Source: Candidatus Eiseniibacteriota bacterium (GTDB lineage Bacteria > Eisenbacteria > RBG-16-71-46 > JABDJR01). From it: a stretch of DNA of 64,000 nt. Each line of letters opens with the position of its first letter. The first letter of the stretch is position 1. Of the stretch, positions 54,725-64,000 are shown in pieces. The position numbers were made by a program, and so were the translations under genes. The stretch is from the NCBI GenBank assembly GCA_963762255.1, contig CAVXKA010000002.1, positions 1,344,001-1,408,000 of the forward strand. Reading direction: 5' to 3'. The notes beneath the pieces are model-generated. The model was not told the origin of the DNA. It saw nothing but the letters and a program-made list of their open reading frames with translations, and searched no databases.

Positions 54725-55867
54725 ATGCTGCGCTCCGCCTGGTTCATCGCCCGCAAGGACGTCCAGTACATGCTCCGGGAGAAGGAGACGCTGCTCTGGA
54801 CGTTCATCATGCCGATCATCTTCTTCTTCTTCATCGGGACCATCACCGGCGGGTTCGCGGGAGATGATCGACCGGACCGTCCCGACCCGTTGGTACTGAC
54901 CATCTCTCCCCGGGCCGGGTTCCTCGCCGACCACCTTGCGACTCGACTCGAAGGGGCCGGGTACCGGTTCGTATCACCGGACAGCGTGACCGCGGAGTCG
55001 AACGTGGCGCGGCTCGACATCCCCGCCGCGTTCACCGACTCCGTCCTGGCCGGACACCCGGTGACCCTCGCCGTCACTCGCAAGAGCAGCGGCCTCGGCG
55101 CCGACTACGACCAGGTGCGCGTGCAGCGCGCGGTGTTCGCAGTGCTGGGCGATCTGGTAGGGCTGGCGGCACGCGACGAGAAGCCAACTCTGGCGGCGCT
55201 CACCGAGGCCGCGGCCGTTCCCCGCCGCGTCGAGCTCAAGGTCGAGCGCGCGGGGCATCGTCGCGAAATCCCCACCGGCTTCTCGCAGGCCGTGCCGGGC
55301 ACCATGGTGATGTTCACGCTCTTCGTCCTCCTCACCTCGGGCTCGGTGCTGATCGTGATCGAGCGCAAGCAGGGGCTGCTTCGCCGGCTGGCCTCGTCCC
55401 CGGTGTCGCGCGGAAGCGTGGTGCTCGGAAAATGGGGCGGGCGCCTGGCGTTGGGTCTCATCCAGATCGCCTTCGCCATGATCGTGGGCTCGGTGCTCTT
55501 CCGCGTGGATTGGGGTCCGCACCTGGGAGCGCTGATGCTCGTGCTCCTCGCCTATGCGGGCCTGATCGCGGCGCTCGGCATGCTGCTCGGCAACTTCGCC
55601 CGCACGGAGGGGCAGGCGGTGGGAATCGGCGTCCTTGCCGGCAACGTCATCTCGGCGTTGGGCGGGTGCTGGTGGCCCATCGAGGTCACTCCGCTCTGGA
55701 TGCAGAAGCTGTCGCTCTTCCTGCCCACCGGGATCGCCATGGACGCGCTGCACAAGCTCGTCAATTTCGGAGCGGGGCCGGAGACCGTGATCCCCCACAT
55801 CGCGGTCATGGGCGCCGCCGCCGTCGCGGCCGGGTGGCTCGCGGCACGGGTGTTCCGCTTTCAGTAG
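54725..55867 (+). CDS. ABC-2 type exporter permease
   Basis: ERKQGLLRRL and LGGCWWPIE motifs. Confidence 0.9.
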   Translation: MLRSAWFIARKDVQYMLREKETLLWTFIMPIIFFFFIGTITGGFAGDDRPDRPDPLVLTISPRAGFLADHLATRLEGAGYRFVSPDSVTAESNVARLDIPAAFTDSVLAGHPVTLAVTRKSSGLGADYDQVRVQRAVFAVLGDLVGLAARDEKPTLAALTEAAAVPRRVELKVERAGHRREIPTGFSQAVPGTMVMFTLFVLLTSGSVLIVIERKQGLLRRLASSPVSRGSVVLGKWGGRLALGLIQIAFAMIVGSVLFRVDWGPHLGALMLVLLAYAGLIAALGMLLGNFARTEGQAVGIGVLAGNVISALGGCWWPIEVTPLWMQKLSLFLPTGIAMDALHKLVNFGAGPETVIPHIAVMGAAAVAAGWLAARVFRFQ

Positions 55868-55897
55868 GCGGCCGCGGAATCGGGTAAACTCGACCCG

Positions 55898-58189
55898 ATG
55901 AACTCATTCCTCTTCCTGGCCACGCTGAACCTCGCCCTGGGGGGCCTGGTGTTTCTGCTCGGGCTCGTGATCCTGCGCGAGAACCCCTGGCAGAAGCTGA
56001 ACCGCATCGTCGCCTTCATGCTCTTCTTCGGCGGGCTGGGATCGGTGCTGGCGGGGCTCGGCTTCCTGGCCGTGCGGCCGTCGCTCCCCCAGGCGACCTC
56101 GGCGCAGGGGTCGCTCGGTCACTTCTCGTATCTCTGGGAGTTCTTCTTCCCCACGCTCCTCCTCTTCGCGAGCTACTTCCCGACCGAGCGCCCGTTCACC
56201 CGCAAGATCAGGGGCTTCGACATCCTGGTCTACATACCCCACGCCTTCCATTTCGTGCTGCTCCTGGGCATCGCGATCGTGGGGGCGCGAGCGTCCCTGC
56301 CCGAGCTGAACGCGCCGTCGGTGCTGCGGCCGTTCGTGAGCCTGGGAGGCCTGCTCGCGGGGTTCTTCCTGGCCGTCCACACCGCGCTCTTCTCGCTGGT
56401 GAACCTGGGCTACGGCGTGGCGACGGCGATCCTGCTCGTGCAGAGTTCCCGTAGGGCGCGGGTGCCCCGGCTCAGGCGGCAGCTCCGCGTGATCGGCGTC
56501 GGGCTCATCCTCTGCCTCATCTTCTACACGGCGGCCACATCGATCCCCACGCTCCTGAACCAGTCCATACCCGAGTGGATGCGCGCGATTCTTATCATCG
56601 CGGCGCTGACCGCCGCATCCGGTTCCATCGCCTATTCGATGGTGCGGTACAAGTTTCTGGACACGAAGCTCCTCGCCCGTCGCGGCATCCTCTACGCGGT
56701 GGCTTCGGCGGTGATGGTCGGCCTCTATCTCGGGGTGGCCGACGAGCTGAACCGCCTCGTCGGCGGGTTCATCGGCGTCGACCCGCGCGTCTTCCAGCCC
56801 GTGTTCCTTGTCATCGGGCTCATTCTCTTCCAGCCTGCGATCTCGAAGCTGGAGGATATGCTGGACCGGCTTCTCCTGCGCGATCCGAGCGACTACCGCA
56901 ACATCCTCAAGCGTCTGGGACGCGAACTTCTCACCACCATCGATCTCGACGATATGCTCTCGCAGTCCATCCGCACCGTCGCCGAGGCCCTGATGCTGCG
57001 CAACGCCCATGTGGTCGCTCTCGCCCGCGAGGGTCCCCTGGTGGTGACGGGGTCGGGGAAGCAGCCGGAGGAAGAGGATCCGGGCACGCTCGCCGCTCTG
57101 CTGAACCGTCTGGACCCGGGGATCGAGAGCTTCCGGCTCTACGGTCCGGTCGAGGAGATGGAGCGCGCCGACCGCTCCTATTTCGTCAACCACTTCCAGG
57201 CATCGCTCGTGATCCCGCTGCGCACGAAGGGCGAGACGGTGGGAGCGCTCCTCCTCGGAGACAAGGTCACCGGGACCGACTACACCTCGGAGGACGTGAA
57301 CCTCCTCTCCGCGCTGGCGGCGCAGATGTCGATTTCCGTACAAAACGGCTTGCTGCTGCGCGATCGCGTGGCGGTCGTGCGCATGGAAGAGGAGCTGAAC
57401 CTCGCACGGCGCATCCAGAAAAGCTTCCTTCCATCGCAGTTTCCGACCATGACGCATCTCGACGTGCACGCGCTCACCCATCCATCCCGCCAGGTGGGAG
57501 GAGATCTCTACGATCTCGTCGCCGTGGAGGACGGCGCGTACTTCCTCGCCATCGCCGACGTGTCGGGGAAAGGCGTGCCCGCCGCGCTCTTGAGTTCGAT
57601 GATCCAGGCGTCGCTGCGCACGCAAGCCGACGGGAGACTGTCCGTCTCCTCGATCGTCGACAAGATCAACGGCCTCATCTACCGGAGCACGACCCCGGAA
57701 CAGTTCGCGACGTTCTTTCTGGCCCGCGTCGAGGAGCGGACGCTGCGCATGTCGTTCTCCAACGCCGGGCACAACTATCCGGTGCTCTGCCGCAAGGGGG
57801 GTGGCCACCTCTTCCTGGAGCGAGGCGGGATGCTGCTCGGGATCTTCGACGACGCTCGCTTCGAGGAGGAGTCCGTGCAACTCGCGCCCGGCGATCGTGT
57901 CGTGCTCTATACGGACGGCATTACCGAGGCAATGAATCGCGAGGAGGAGGAGTTCGGGGAAGAGCGGCTCTGCACGCTTGTCCGCGGCCTGCCGTCGAGC
58001 CTCTCGGCGCGCGAGGTCACGGAGAAGATCGTGACCGATCTCCACGCGTTCCTGGACGGCGAGGAGCCGCAGGACGATGTGACGGTGATGGTGCTGCGCG
58101 TCTTGGAGCCCGCGCTCGCGGCGCAGGTCCACGAGGGCGAGGCGGTGGCGGTCGGGGCCCTCGGCGGGGCCCCGACCGCGGCGGTCTAG
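55898..58189 (+). CDS. Membrane-anchored GAF + SpoIIE/RsbU-type PP2C phosphatase
   Basis: Multi-TM N-terminus and GAF (IPL...VGALLLG.K), then ARRIQ, VGGDLYD, IADVSGKG, NAGH, YTDGITEA and DDVT motifs. Confidence 0.92.
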   Translation: MNSFLFLATLNLALGGLVFLLGLVILRENPWQKLNRIVAFMLFFGGLGSVLAGLGFLAVRPSLPQATSAQGSLGHFSYLWEFFFPTLLLFASYFPTERPFTRKIRGFDILVYIPHAFHFVLLLGIAIVGARASLPELNAPSVLRPFVSLGGLLAGFFLAVHTALFSLVNLGYGVATAILLVQSSRRARVPRLRRQLRVIGVGLILCLIFYTAATSIPTLLNQSIPEWMRAILIIAALTAASGSIAYSMVRYKFLDTKLLARRGILYAVASAVMVGLYLGVADELNRLVGGFIGVDPRVFQPVFLVIGLILFQPAISKLEDMLDRLLLRDPSDYRNILKRLGRELLTTIDLDDMLSQSIRTVAEALMLRNAHVVALAREGPLVVTGSGKQPEEEDPGTLAALLNRLDPGIESFRLYGPVEEMERADRSYFVNHFQASLVIPLRTKGETVGALLLGDKVTGTDYTSEDVNLLSALAAQMSISVQNGLLLRDRVAVVRMEEELNLARRIQKSFLPSQFPTMTHLDVHALTHPSRQVGGDLYDLVAVEDGAYFLAIADVSGKGVPAALLSSMIQASLRTQADGRLSVSSIVDKINGLIYRSTTPEQFATFFLARVEERTLRMSFSNAGHNYPVLCRKGGGHLFLERGGMLLGIFDDARFEEESVQLAPGDRVVLYTDGITEAMNREEEEFGEERLCTLVRGLPSSLSAREVTEKIVTDLHAFLDGEEPQDDVTVMVLRVLEPALAAQVHEGEAVAVGALGGAPTAAV

Positions 58190-58489
58190 CTAACCCTTCT
58201 CGAGCTCGCGGCGGTAGGCGTCCTTGGCCTCGGAGACCGCCTCGCGAACCGCCCCCGCCTGCTGGCGCGCGGTGTGAGTCACGTTCTGCGCTTTCTCTCG
58301 CGCAGCATCCTCCACCGCGGTCGCCGCATGCACGACTGCATCCTTGCCGCGGCGCGCGACCCTCTCGCCCCCTTCGCGCAGTCGGCGCCGGGTAACTTCG
58401 CCCTTCTCGGGGGCCAGGAGCAACGCGGTGATTCCGCCCACCGCCGCCCCGATCACGAATGCCATCAACGTGTCCGTATTTCGTGCCAT
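58190..58489 (-). CDS. YtxH-like protein
   Basis: F.IGAAVG...ALLLAPEKG..TR..L signature. Confidence 0.88.
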   Translation of the reverse strand: MARNTDTLMAFVIGAAVGGITALLLAPEKGEVTRRRLREGGERVARRGKDAVVHAATAVEDAAREKAQNVTHTARQQAGAVREAVSEAKDAYRRELEKG

Positions 58490-58496
58490 GTTTTCC

Positions 58497-58928
58497 TTAC
58501 CTTTCTTCGACTGATTCGATCTCAAGAGCCGCTTCGTTACCGTCCGATCGATTGCGCCCCCGCCATGCCGACAAGCCGGTTCGCAAAGCCACCGCCGCTG
58601 CGCGGACGTAGCGGACGGTGCTCGTCAGATCGGCGACCTCCGCCACGATCGGCTGCACCGCCAGACGAACGCCTGTCGACAGCTGTTCGGCGTCCCCGGC
58701 GATGTGGTTGATCTTGCGGCTGACGCCGCGCAGCTCGACGAGCTCCGATTCCAGGTTGTCCAGGATCCGGTCGATCTTTGGGCGGCTCGCCTCCAGGTAC
58801 TGAGCGGTGCCGTCGAGACGGTCGACTAGCACCCTCAACCGGGCGAGCACACGGACCAGATAGATCGCGGTGACAACCGCAGCGATGGCCGTCGCGCCAA
58901 GTGCAACATAAACGAAGGTGGGGTTCAT
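58497..58928 (-). CDS. DUF948-like single-TM coiled-coil protein
   Basis: N-terminal TM followed by heptad-rich helix; sits directly upstream of the ytxH-like gene; GGAGG RBS. Confidence 0.65.
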   Translation of the reverse strand: MNPTFVYVALGATAIAAVVTAIYLVRVLARLRVLVDRLDGTAQYLEASRPKIDRILDNLESELVELRGVSRKINHIAGDAEQLSTGVRLAVQPIVAEVADLTSTVRYVRAAAVALRTGLSAWRGRNRSDGNEAALEIESVEER

Positions 58929-59158
58929 TGCATCCCTCCTCGGCCAGATCTGATTTGATCGGCCGCTACCCATGATTTCGGGCGAATCGATGGAGTGACC
59001 TTAGCACGACGGCGTGGAGAAAACAAACAGGGGGGGAAGCGCCGACGCGGTACGCGGCTCTTTGCGTCGGGGGTGCCACGCGGAGCGCGAATGGTACCGT
59101 TCGGGTCGCGGTGCGGTGCAATGCTCAAGAAAAAACGGGGCACTCCTGCATTTTCCTG

Positions 59159-59187
59159 TTGACCTATTCATTTGTGCAGTGGATACT
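59159..59187 (+). promoter_or_regulatory. Putative sigma70 promoter of the HNH gene with a LexA-like box in the spacer
   Basis: TTGACC-N17-GATACT; CTATTCATTTGTGCAG at 59164-59179. Confidence 0.45.
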
Positions 59188-59239
59188 CCGTTTGCCTGCC
59201 CACTTCCCCCGTCTCTCCCCGTCCGTGGAGGGACAGATC

Positions 59240-60346
59240 ATGTCGACCGTTCAGTTGAATTCGGTACTGTCCGCCCGCGAGGTGGACGCTCGTCTGCGCA
59301 CAGCGCTGGACGAGCTGCAAGCCGCCCAGCGCAACGCCGTGCTCTGGTTCGCGGAGATCCTGAACCGGCACCTCTACCGAGAGCTCGGCTACTCCTCGAT
59401 TCACGCGTACGCTGCGGAGGCCTTGGGGTTCTCGCGGACGCGGACGGCCCAGTACTTGCGGCTGAGTCGTTCACTGGAGTCATTGCCGGCCTTGAAGCAC
59501 GTGGTGGCGTCGGGAGAGATGCCCTGGACCAAGGCTCGTGTCGTGGCCCAAGTGGCAACGCCGGAAACCCAGGACTTCTGGATCGACCAGGCGCGATGCA
59601 AGGGCCGCCGCGACTTGGAACACCAGGCGACGCTTGCCCGTCGGCGGACGCGCGCCGGGATCCGGAGCGGCTCCGGTCAGCCCGATCTGCTCGGCCCCAC
59701 GGCGGAACCTACCTCCCTGGAAGTCACTGTCGAGGTTCCCGTCGACCTGACCTTCCGGTTCAGCCCTGAGGAATACGCCCGATACGAGGCTCTGATGGAG
59801 AAGGCCCGGAAGAAGGGCGAACGGGGCTCTCGCGAGAGGGTACTGCTGGCGGCGCTGGAGCGGTTGGTGGTCGCGGGAAGCGAAGCGGCTGACGCCGTCT
59901 CTGGAGACGAGGCGACGGGCGCCGGCGGCGAAACGATGTGTACCCGGGTACACAGTTCAGAGCCCCGCTATCAGGTCGTCGTCACCCAGTGCCCCGATTG
60001 CGGGCGGGCGGAGGCGCAGACCAGCCGCGGGGCCAAGCCCTTGGGGCTGCCCGCGCTCCAGGCCGTGCTCTGCGACGCACGCGTGCACCACAAGGGTGAG
60101 AAGAACCGGGCGACGATACCTCCGGCGCGCCGCCGGAAGGTGCTGGCCCGCGACGGCTACCGGTGCCGCGCATCCGGGTGCGAGAGCCCCCACTTTCTCG
60201 ACGTGCATCACATGATGCCGCGCGAGCGGGGTGGGACGAACGACCCCGACAATCTCATTACTCTCTGCGCCGCTTGCCACCGGTTGATTCACGAGCGCGG
60301 TCTGCCGCTGCGCGCGACCGAGGGGAACCTCGCAAGTCGAGGCTGA
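59240..60346 (+). CDS. DUF222-like / HNH endonuclease
   Basis: RELGYSSI..YA N-terminal motif; C-terminal RDGYRC...GC...LDVHH...GG.....NL..LC..CH...H; GGAGG RBS. Confidence 0.88.
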   Translation: MSTVQLNSVLSAREVDARLRTALDELQAAQRNAVLWFAEILNRHLYRELGYSSIHAYAAEALGFSRTRTAQYLRLSRSLESLPALKHVVASGEMPWTKARVVAQVATPETQDFWIDQARCKGRRDLEHQATLARRRTRAGIRSGSGQPDLLGPTAEPTSLEVTVEVPVDLTFRFSPEEYARYEALMEKARKKGERGSRERVLLAALERLVVAGSEAADAVSGDEATGAGGETMCTRVHSSEPRYQVVVTQCPDCGRAEAQTSRGAKPLGLPALQAVLCDARVHHKGEKNRATIPPARRRKVLARDGYRCRASGCESPHFLDVHHMMPRERGGTNDPDNLITLCAACHRLIHERGLPLRATEGNLASRG

Positions 60347-60433
60347 GGCAGAGCGACTGCCGGGCGACATCAGGAGGGCGCGGCCTGGAAGACAGTCACT
60401 GGACGACGCTGACGTGGGGCACGGAGGTCGCTC

Positions 60434-60976
60434 CTACTCGGAATCCCCCGTCGTCTTGAGCACCTTCCATTGAATGGTGCTGTCCGGGGCGACGTGGTAC
60501 TCGAGCAGGCAACTTCCAGCGATGTGACCGTCTTCGAATCGCGCGAACACCCATCGCGAGTTCAAGAGGGCGATCTCGGGCGCGTTGAACCCCATGGTGC
60601 CCCCCATGACCCCCTGGATCTGGATCTGCTCCGGATGTGCCACCAAGTCATTCCTAAGCTGATTCACTGGATCGGCCAACCCCGCCTTCTTCAGTCGCTT
60701 GAGATCCACATCCCGAAGGAGCATCCATTGATTGGCCTGGGCACGCCGCGCCTCCTCGTACCAGAAGTTGCGATCGTCGTCGGGTTCGGATGGCGGGAGT
60801 TCGGCCTTCACTTTCGCGTACTCGACCTCAAGGCTGTCGACCGCGACCCGCAGGCTGTCCGCGAGTCGGCGGTAGGTATCTCGGGCCTCCTGCGCACTCT
60901 GCCATCGGAGGAAGACGACAACGAGGCCAATTAGCAGAACCGCCGCCCCTGCCAAGACCGCTCCCTTACTCATCAT
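60434..60976 (-). CDS. Hypothetical membrane-anchored protein
   Basis: N-terminal TM, coiled coil and a GVMGGTMGF...WV.A.FEDGH..G domain; co-directional with ddl. Confidence 0.7.
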   Translation of the reverse strand: MMSKGAVLAGAAVLLIGLVVVFLRWQSAQEARDTYRRLADSLRVAVDSLEVEYAKVKAELPPSEPDDDRNFWYEEARRAQANQWMLLRDVDLKRLKKAGLADPVNQLRNDLVAHPEQIQIQGVMGGTMGFNAPEIALLNSRWVFARFEDGHIAGSCLLEYHVAPDSTIQWKVLKTTGDSE

Positions 60977-60995
60977 CGCCTCCCAGCCCGCCGAC

Positions 60996-61994
60996 TCACC
61001 GCCGTCGCGCCCCACCGCGCGCTACCGCGGAGACGATCAACCGCTCTACCAGATCCTCGTAGCTGATGCCATGCGCGCGCGCGGCCATCGGAACGAGGCT
61101 CGTCTCCGTCATGCCTGGAACGGTGTTGGCCTCCAGGAAGTACGGCCGATTCTCCGGGGTCAATCGAAAGTCGACCCGTGCCACGCCCGCGCATCCCAAG
61201 GTCGCGAACGCGCGCTCGCCCAGGCGCGAGACCTCGGCGGCGACCTCCGCCGGCAGCTCCGCCGGCACGACGTACCGCGTCTGCCCCTTCGTGTACTTGT
61301 GACGGTAATCGTAGAAGCCCGCCTCGGGGATGATCTCCACGACCGGCAGCGCCTCGCCGTCCAGCACCGCCACCGTGACCTCGCGACCGGGGATGAACTC
61401 TTCCACCAACACCGCGCCGTATTGAAACGCGTCGTCCAGCGCCGCCTCCAACTCGGAGGCTTCGACCACGATGTGCACACCAACGCTCGAACCCTGAGCG
61501 TTCGGCTTCACGACCACCGGATAGCCACCCAGCGCCTGCACGTCCACGCCAGCGGCATCGCGCCGCTCCAGGAGAATCTCTCGCGGGGAAGGCACACCCG
61601 CCGCGCGCAGCAATGCCTTCGCTCTCGACTTGTCCATGGCGAGCGCGCTCGCCAGCATCCCCGAACCGGTGTACGGCACGCCGGCCAGATCGAGCAGCGC
61701 CTGAAGCGTCCCGTCCTCTCCGATCCCTCCGTGCAGCGCCACGAACACCGCGTCGCACGTTCCGATCTCGGGGTTCTCGGCCAGAACCAGGCTTCGCTCT
61801 TCCGCTTCCGGCGGCGGGGCCTCACCGATGCGATGCTGCGCGAGATGATCCAGCTCCAGCCGCCGCCCTGCCGCGGGGTCGAGCGGCACCACCGCGTGCC
61901 CGCGCGCGGAAAGCGCCTTCGCCACCCCGCGTCCGGTGGCAAGACTCACGTCCCGCTCCATACTGCTGCCGCCCATGAGCACGACCACCCGCAT
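60996..61994 (-). CDS. ddl: D-alanine--D-alanine ligase
   Basis: GG.S.ERDVSL, LHG..GEDG, MDK, GSSVG, FYDY..KY and EANTVPG motifs. Confidence 0.96.
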   Translation of the reverse strand: MRVVVLMGGSSMERDVSLATGRGVAKALSARGHAVVPLDPAAGRRLELDHLAQHRIGEAPPPEAEERSLVLAENPEIGTCDAVFVALHGGIGEDGTLQALLDLAGVPYTGSGMLASALAMDKSRAKALLRAAGVPSPREILLERRDAAGVDVQALGGYPVVVKPNAQGSSVGVHIVVEASELEAALDDAFQYGAVLVEEFIPGREVTVAVLDGEALPVVEIIPEAGFYDYRHKYTKGQTRYVVPAELPAEVAAEVSRLGERAFATLGCAGVARVDFRLTPENRPYFLEANTVPGMTETSLVPMAARAHGISYEDLVERLIVSAVARGGARRR

Positions 61995-61995
61995 G

Positions 61996-62496
61996 CTAGC
62001 TCTCGCCTCCCTCGATTGAAACCAATGCCACCGCTGAAGCCGCCGCGCCCTCGCCGCGTCCGATGAAGCCCATACCTTCGGTGGTCGTGGCTTTCACCGA
62101 AACGCATTCGCCCGGCACGCCGAGAGCTTCCGCCAACCGCGCCCGCATCGCCTCGACGTGCGGTGCGATCTTCGGGTGCTCGAGGTAGAGCGTGCAGTCC
62201 ACCTGCTCGGCGCGCGCGCGTCGTCCCGCCAGGAGCCCCACCGTCCGGCGCAGGAGATCGATGCTGTCCGCGCCGCGCCATTGTTCCTCCGAAGGCGGGA
62301 AGTGCCGGCCAAGATCCCCCATCGCGACCGCGCCCAGGAGCGCGTCGATCACCGCGTGGGTGAGTACGTCGGCGTCGGAGTGTCCCTCCAATCCCTGGCC
62401 GTGCGGGACGCGCACCCCGCCGAGGATCAGCGGCCGCCCGGTGATGAAGCGATGCGCGTCGAACCCGTGTCCCACGCGAAACGGCAACCCGCTCAT
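61996..62496 (-). CDS. ispF: 2-C-methyl-D-erythritol 2,4-cyclodiphosphate synthase
   Basis: G.GFDAH, GHSDADV, GDLG.HFP and KATTTE motifs. Confidence 0.97.
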   Translation of the reverse strand: MSGLPFRVGHGFDAHRFITGRPLILGGVRVPHGQGLEGHSDADVLTHAVIDALLGAVAMGDLGRHFPPSEEQWRGADSIDLLRRTVGLLAGRRARAEQVDCTLYLEHPKIAPHVEAMRARLAEALGVPGECVSVKATTTEGMGFIGRGEGAAASAVALVSIEGGES

Positions 62497-62548
62497 GATC
62501 GCCTCCGCCCGTTCCGCGGGCCGCGGTCCCCTCCGGCCCCGGCGCCGC

Positions 62549-63250
62549 TCATTCCCGATACCCCCGCATGCGCAGGATCGCCTCGGCGAGGAGGAGATCG
62601 CTCGGCACGGTGATCTTGATGTTGGTCACTTCGCCCTCGACCCAGGACACCGGATGATTGATGCGCAAGACGAGGGACGCTTCGTCGGTGCCCCTGAAGT
62701 GCTCCGCCCGCGCGCGCTGGTGCGCGTACTCGAGGACCGGCCGATGAAAGCCCTGGGGCGTCTGCACAGCGAGCAGCTCGGAGCGATCCACGTAGGCCTT
62801 GAGCCAGGTTTCATATCCCACGCGGGCCACGCTGTCACGCAACGGAAGCGCGGGCACCAGCGACTCGCCGCCGTCCAGCCGGTCGAGCACGCGGCGGATC
62901 AGATCGCGCGACACCAGCGGACGCGCCGCATCGTGAACGACGATCCAGTGCGGCTTGCCGCCCAGCGCATCGATGCCGTTGAACACCGAGTCCTGCCGCT
63001 CCGCCCCACCCGCCACCAGATCGACATCGCGCTGCAGGTGCAGCGGCGCGATCACCTGCTCTCGGAACAGGGCCTCGCTGCCGGGGGGCACCACGACCAC
63101 GCGCTCCACGATCTCGTGGAAGTCGTCGAAGGCCAGCAAGGTCCACGCAAGAAGAGGATGACCCAGGAGAGGCACCAACGCCTTGGGCTCCGGGCGCCCC
63201 AGACGTTCGCCGCGCCCGGCGGCCACGATCACCAGACCGACGTCGTTCAT
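62549..63250 (-). CDS. ispD: 2-C-methyl-D-erythritol 4-phosphate cytidylyltransferase
   Basis: AAGRG.R, GGAERQDSV, HDAARP, QTPQGF and NIKIT motifs. Confidence 0.96.
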   Translation of the reverse strand: MNDVGLVIVAAGRGERLGRPEPKALVPLLGHPLLAWTLLAFDDFHEIVERVVVVPPGSEALFREQVIAPLHLQRDVDLVAGGAERQDSVFNGIDALGGKPHWIVVHDAARPLVSRDLIRRVLDRLDGGESLVPALPLRDSVARVGYETWLKAYVDRSELLAVQTPQGFHRPVLEYAHQRARAEHFRGTDEASLVLRINHPVSWVEGEVTNIKITVPSDLLLAEAILRMRGYRE

Positions 63251-64000
63251 CGCTCGCGTCCTCCAGGCATCTGTGCGTGCGCCCGCCGAGGCCCACCCGC
63301 CGACCCGCGTCCACCGCCCGCCATCCCTCGTCCGCCACCCGGCGCGTCGCGATGCCCCGACCGCGGCGCCCCCGAGATCCCCAGCGCCTTCTCCAACGCC
63401 TCGTCCACCCGCGCCACCGGCACGAGCGTGAGCGGGGCCGCCTCCATTTCCTTGACCGCGCGTGCCGGGACGATCGCCTGCGTGAAGCCGAGCTTGGACG
63501 CCTCGTGCAGGCGATGCTGCAATTGCCCTACCCGACGGACCTCGCCGCCCAAACCGACCTCGCCCACCACCACTGTACGCCCGTCCAACGGAATGTCGTG
63601 ATACGAGGAGGCGACCGCCATCGCCACCGCGAGGTCGATCGCGGGCTCGACGACTCGGAACCCTCCCGCCACGCTCACGAACACGTCGCTGGTCGAGAAG
63701 TCCAACCCGGCGCGCTTCTCGAGCACGGCCAACAGCACCGCGAGCCGGCGCGCGTCCACCCCGGTGGCCACGCGACGCGGCACGCTGAACCCGGCGCTGC
63801 CGACCAGTGCCTGCACTTCGAGCAGGATCGGCCGCGTCCCCTCCAGAGCGGGCGAGACCGCCGATCCCGACATGCCCTCGCGGCGTTCCTCCAATAGGAA
63901 CTCCGAAGGATTCGAGACCGCTCGCAATCCATCGTCCCCCATCTCGAACACGCCGACTTCGTGGGTCGGACCGAACCGGTTCTTGGCCGCCCGGAACAGT
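63247..64000 (-). CDS. radA: DNA repair protein RadA/Sms (3' part; runs off the window)
   Basis: KNRFG at the window edge, then EGTRP.L.EVQAL, AGG....EPA.DL and GEVGL.GE motifs. Confidence 0.95.
   Translation of the reverse strand, partial: LFRAAKNRFGPTHEVGVFEMGDDGLRAVSNPSEFLLEERREGMSGSAVSPALEGTRPILLEVQALVGSAGFSVPRRVATGVDARRLAVLLAVLEKRAGLDFSTSDVFVSVAGGFRVVEPAIDLAVAMAVASSYHDIPLDGRTVVVGEVGLGGEVRRVGQLQHRLHEASKLGFTQAIVPARAVKEMEAAPLTLVPVARVDEALEKALGISGAPRSGHRDAPGGGRGMAGGGRGSAGGPRRAHAQMPGGRER

Overview
A 64-kb, GC-rich bacterial chromosomal segment with no rRNA, tRNA, CRISPR array, integrase or transposase that I can see. It is mostly peptide/amino-acid catabolism and housekeeping: a POT peptide transporter, an APC permease, a tricorn protease, gdh, a membrane pyrophosphatase, aminotransferase-pckA, arsR-arsM, clpB, an ABC-2 exporter and radA-ispD-ispF-ddl. 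The notable modules are: (1) a lower-GC two-gene unit at 44.1-49.2 kb encoding a triple-GAF STAND-type ATPase followed by a STAND-type ATPase fused to a Cap12-type TIR domain, a candidate undescribed NLR-like sensor/effector system; (2) a sigma54-driven NuoE / NuoF-GltD / NuoG-N / FMN-glutamate-synthase operon preceded by an enhancer-binding protein with a degenerate receiver; (3) a PPDK-like protein with a C-terminal nucleotidyltransferase domain directly after gdh; (4) a glycosyltransferase cassette between two ~700-bp direct repeats; (5) a Cys-less thiolase next to a Cys-less DUF35 protein. At least five single-base frameshifts in four otherwise intact genes look like sequencing or consensus errors. 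All calls come from reading motifs by eye; no database searches were run.
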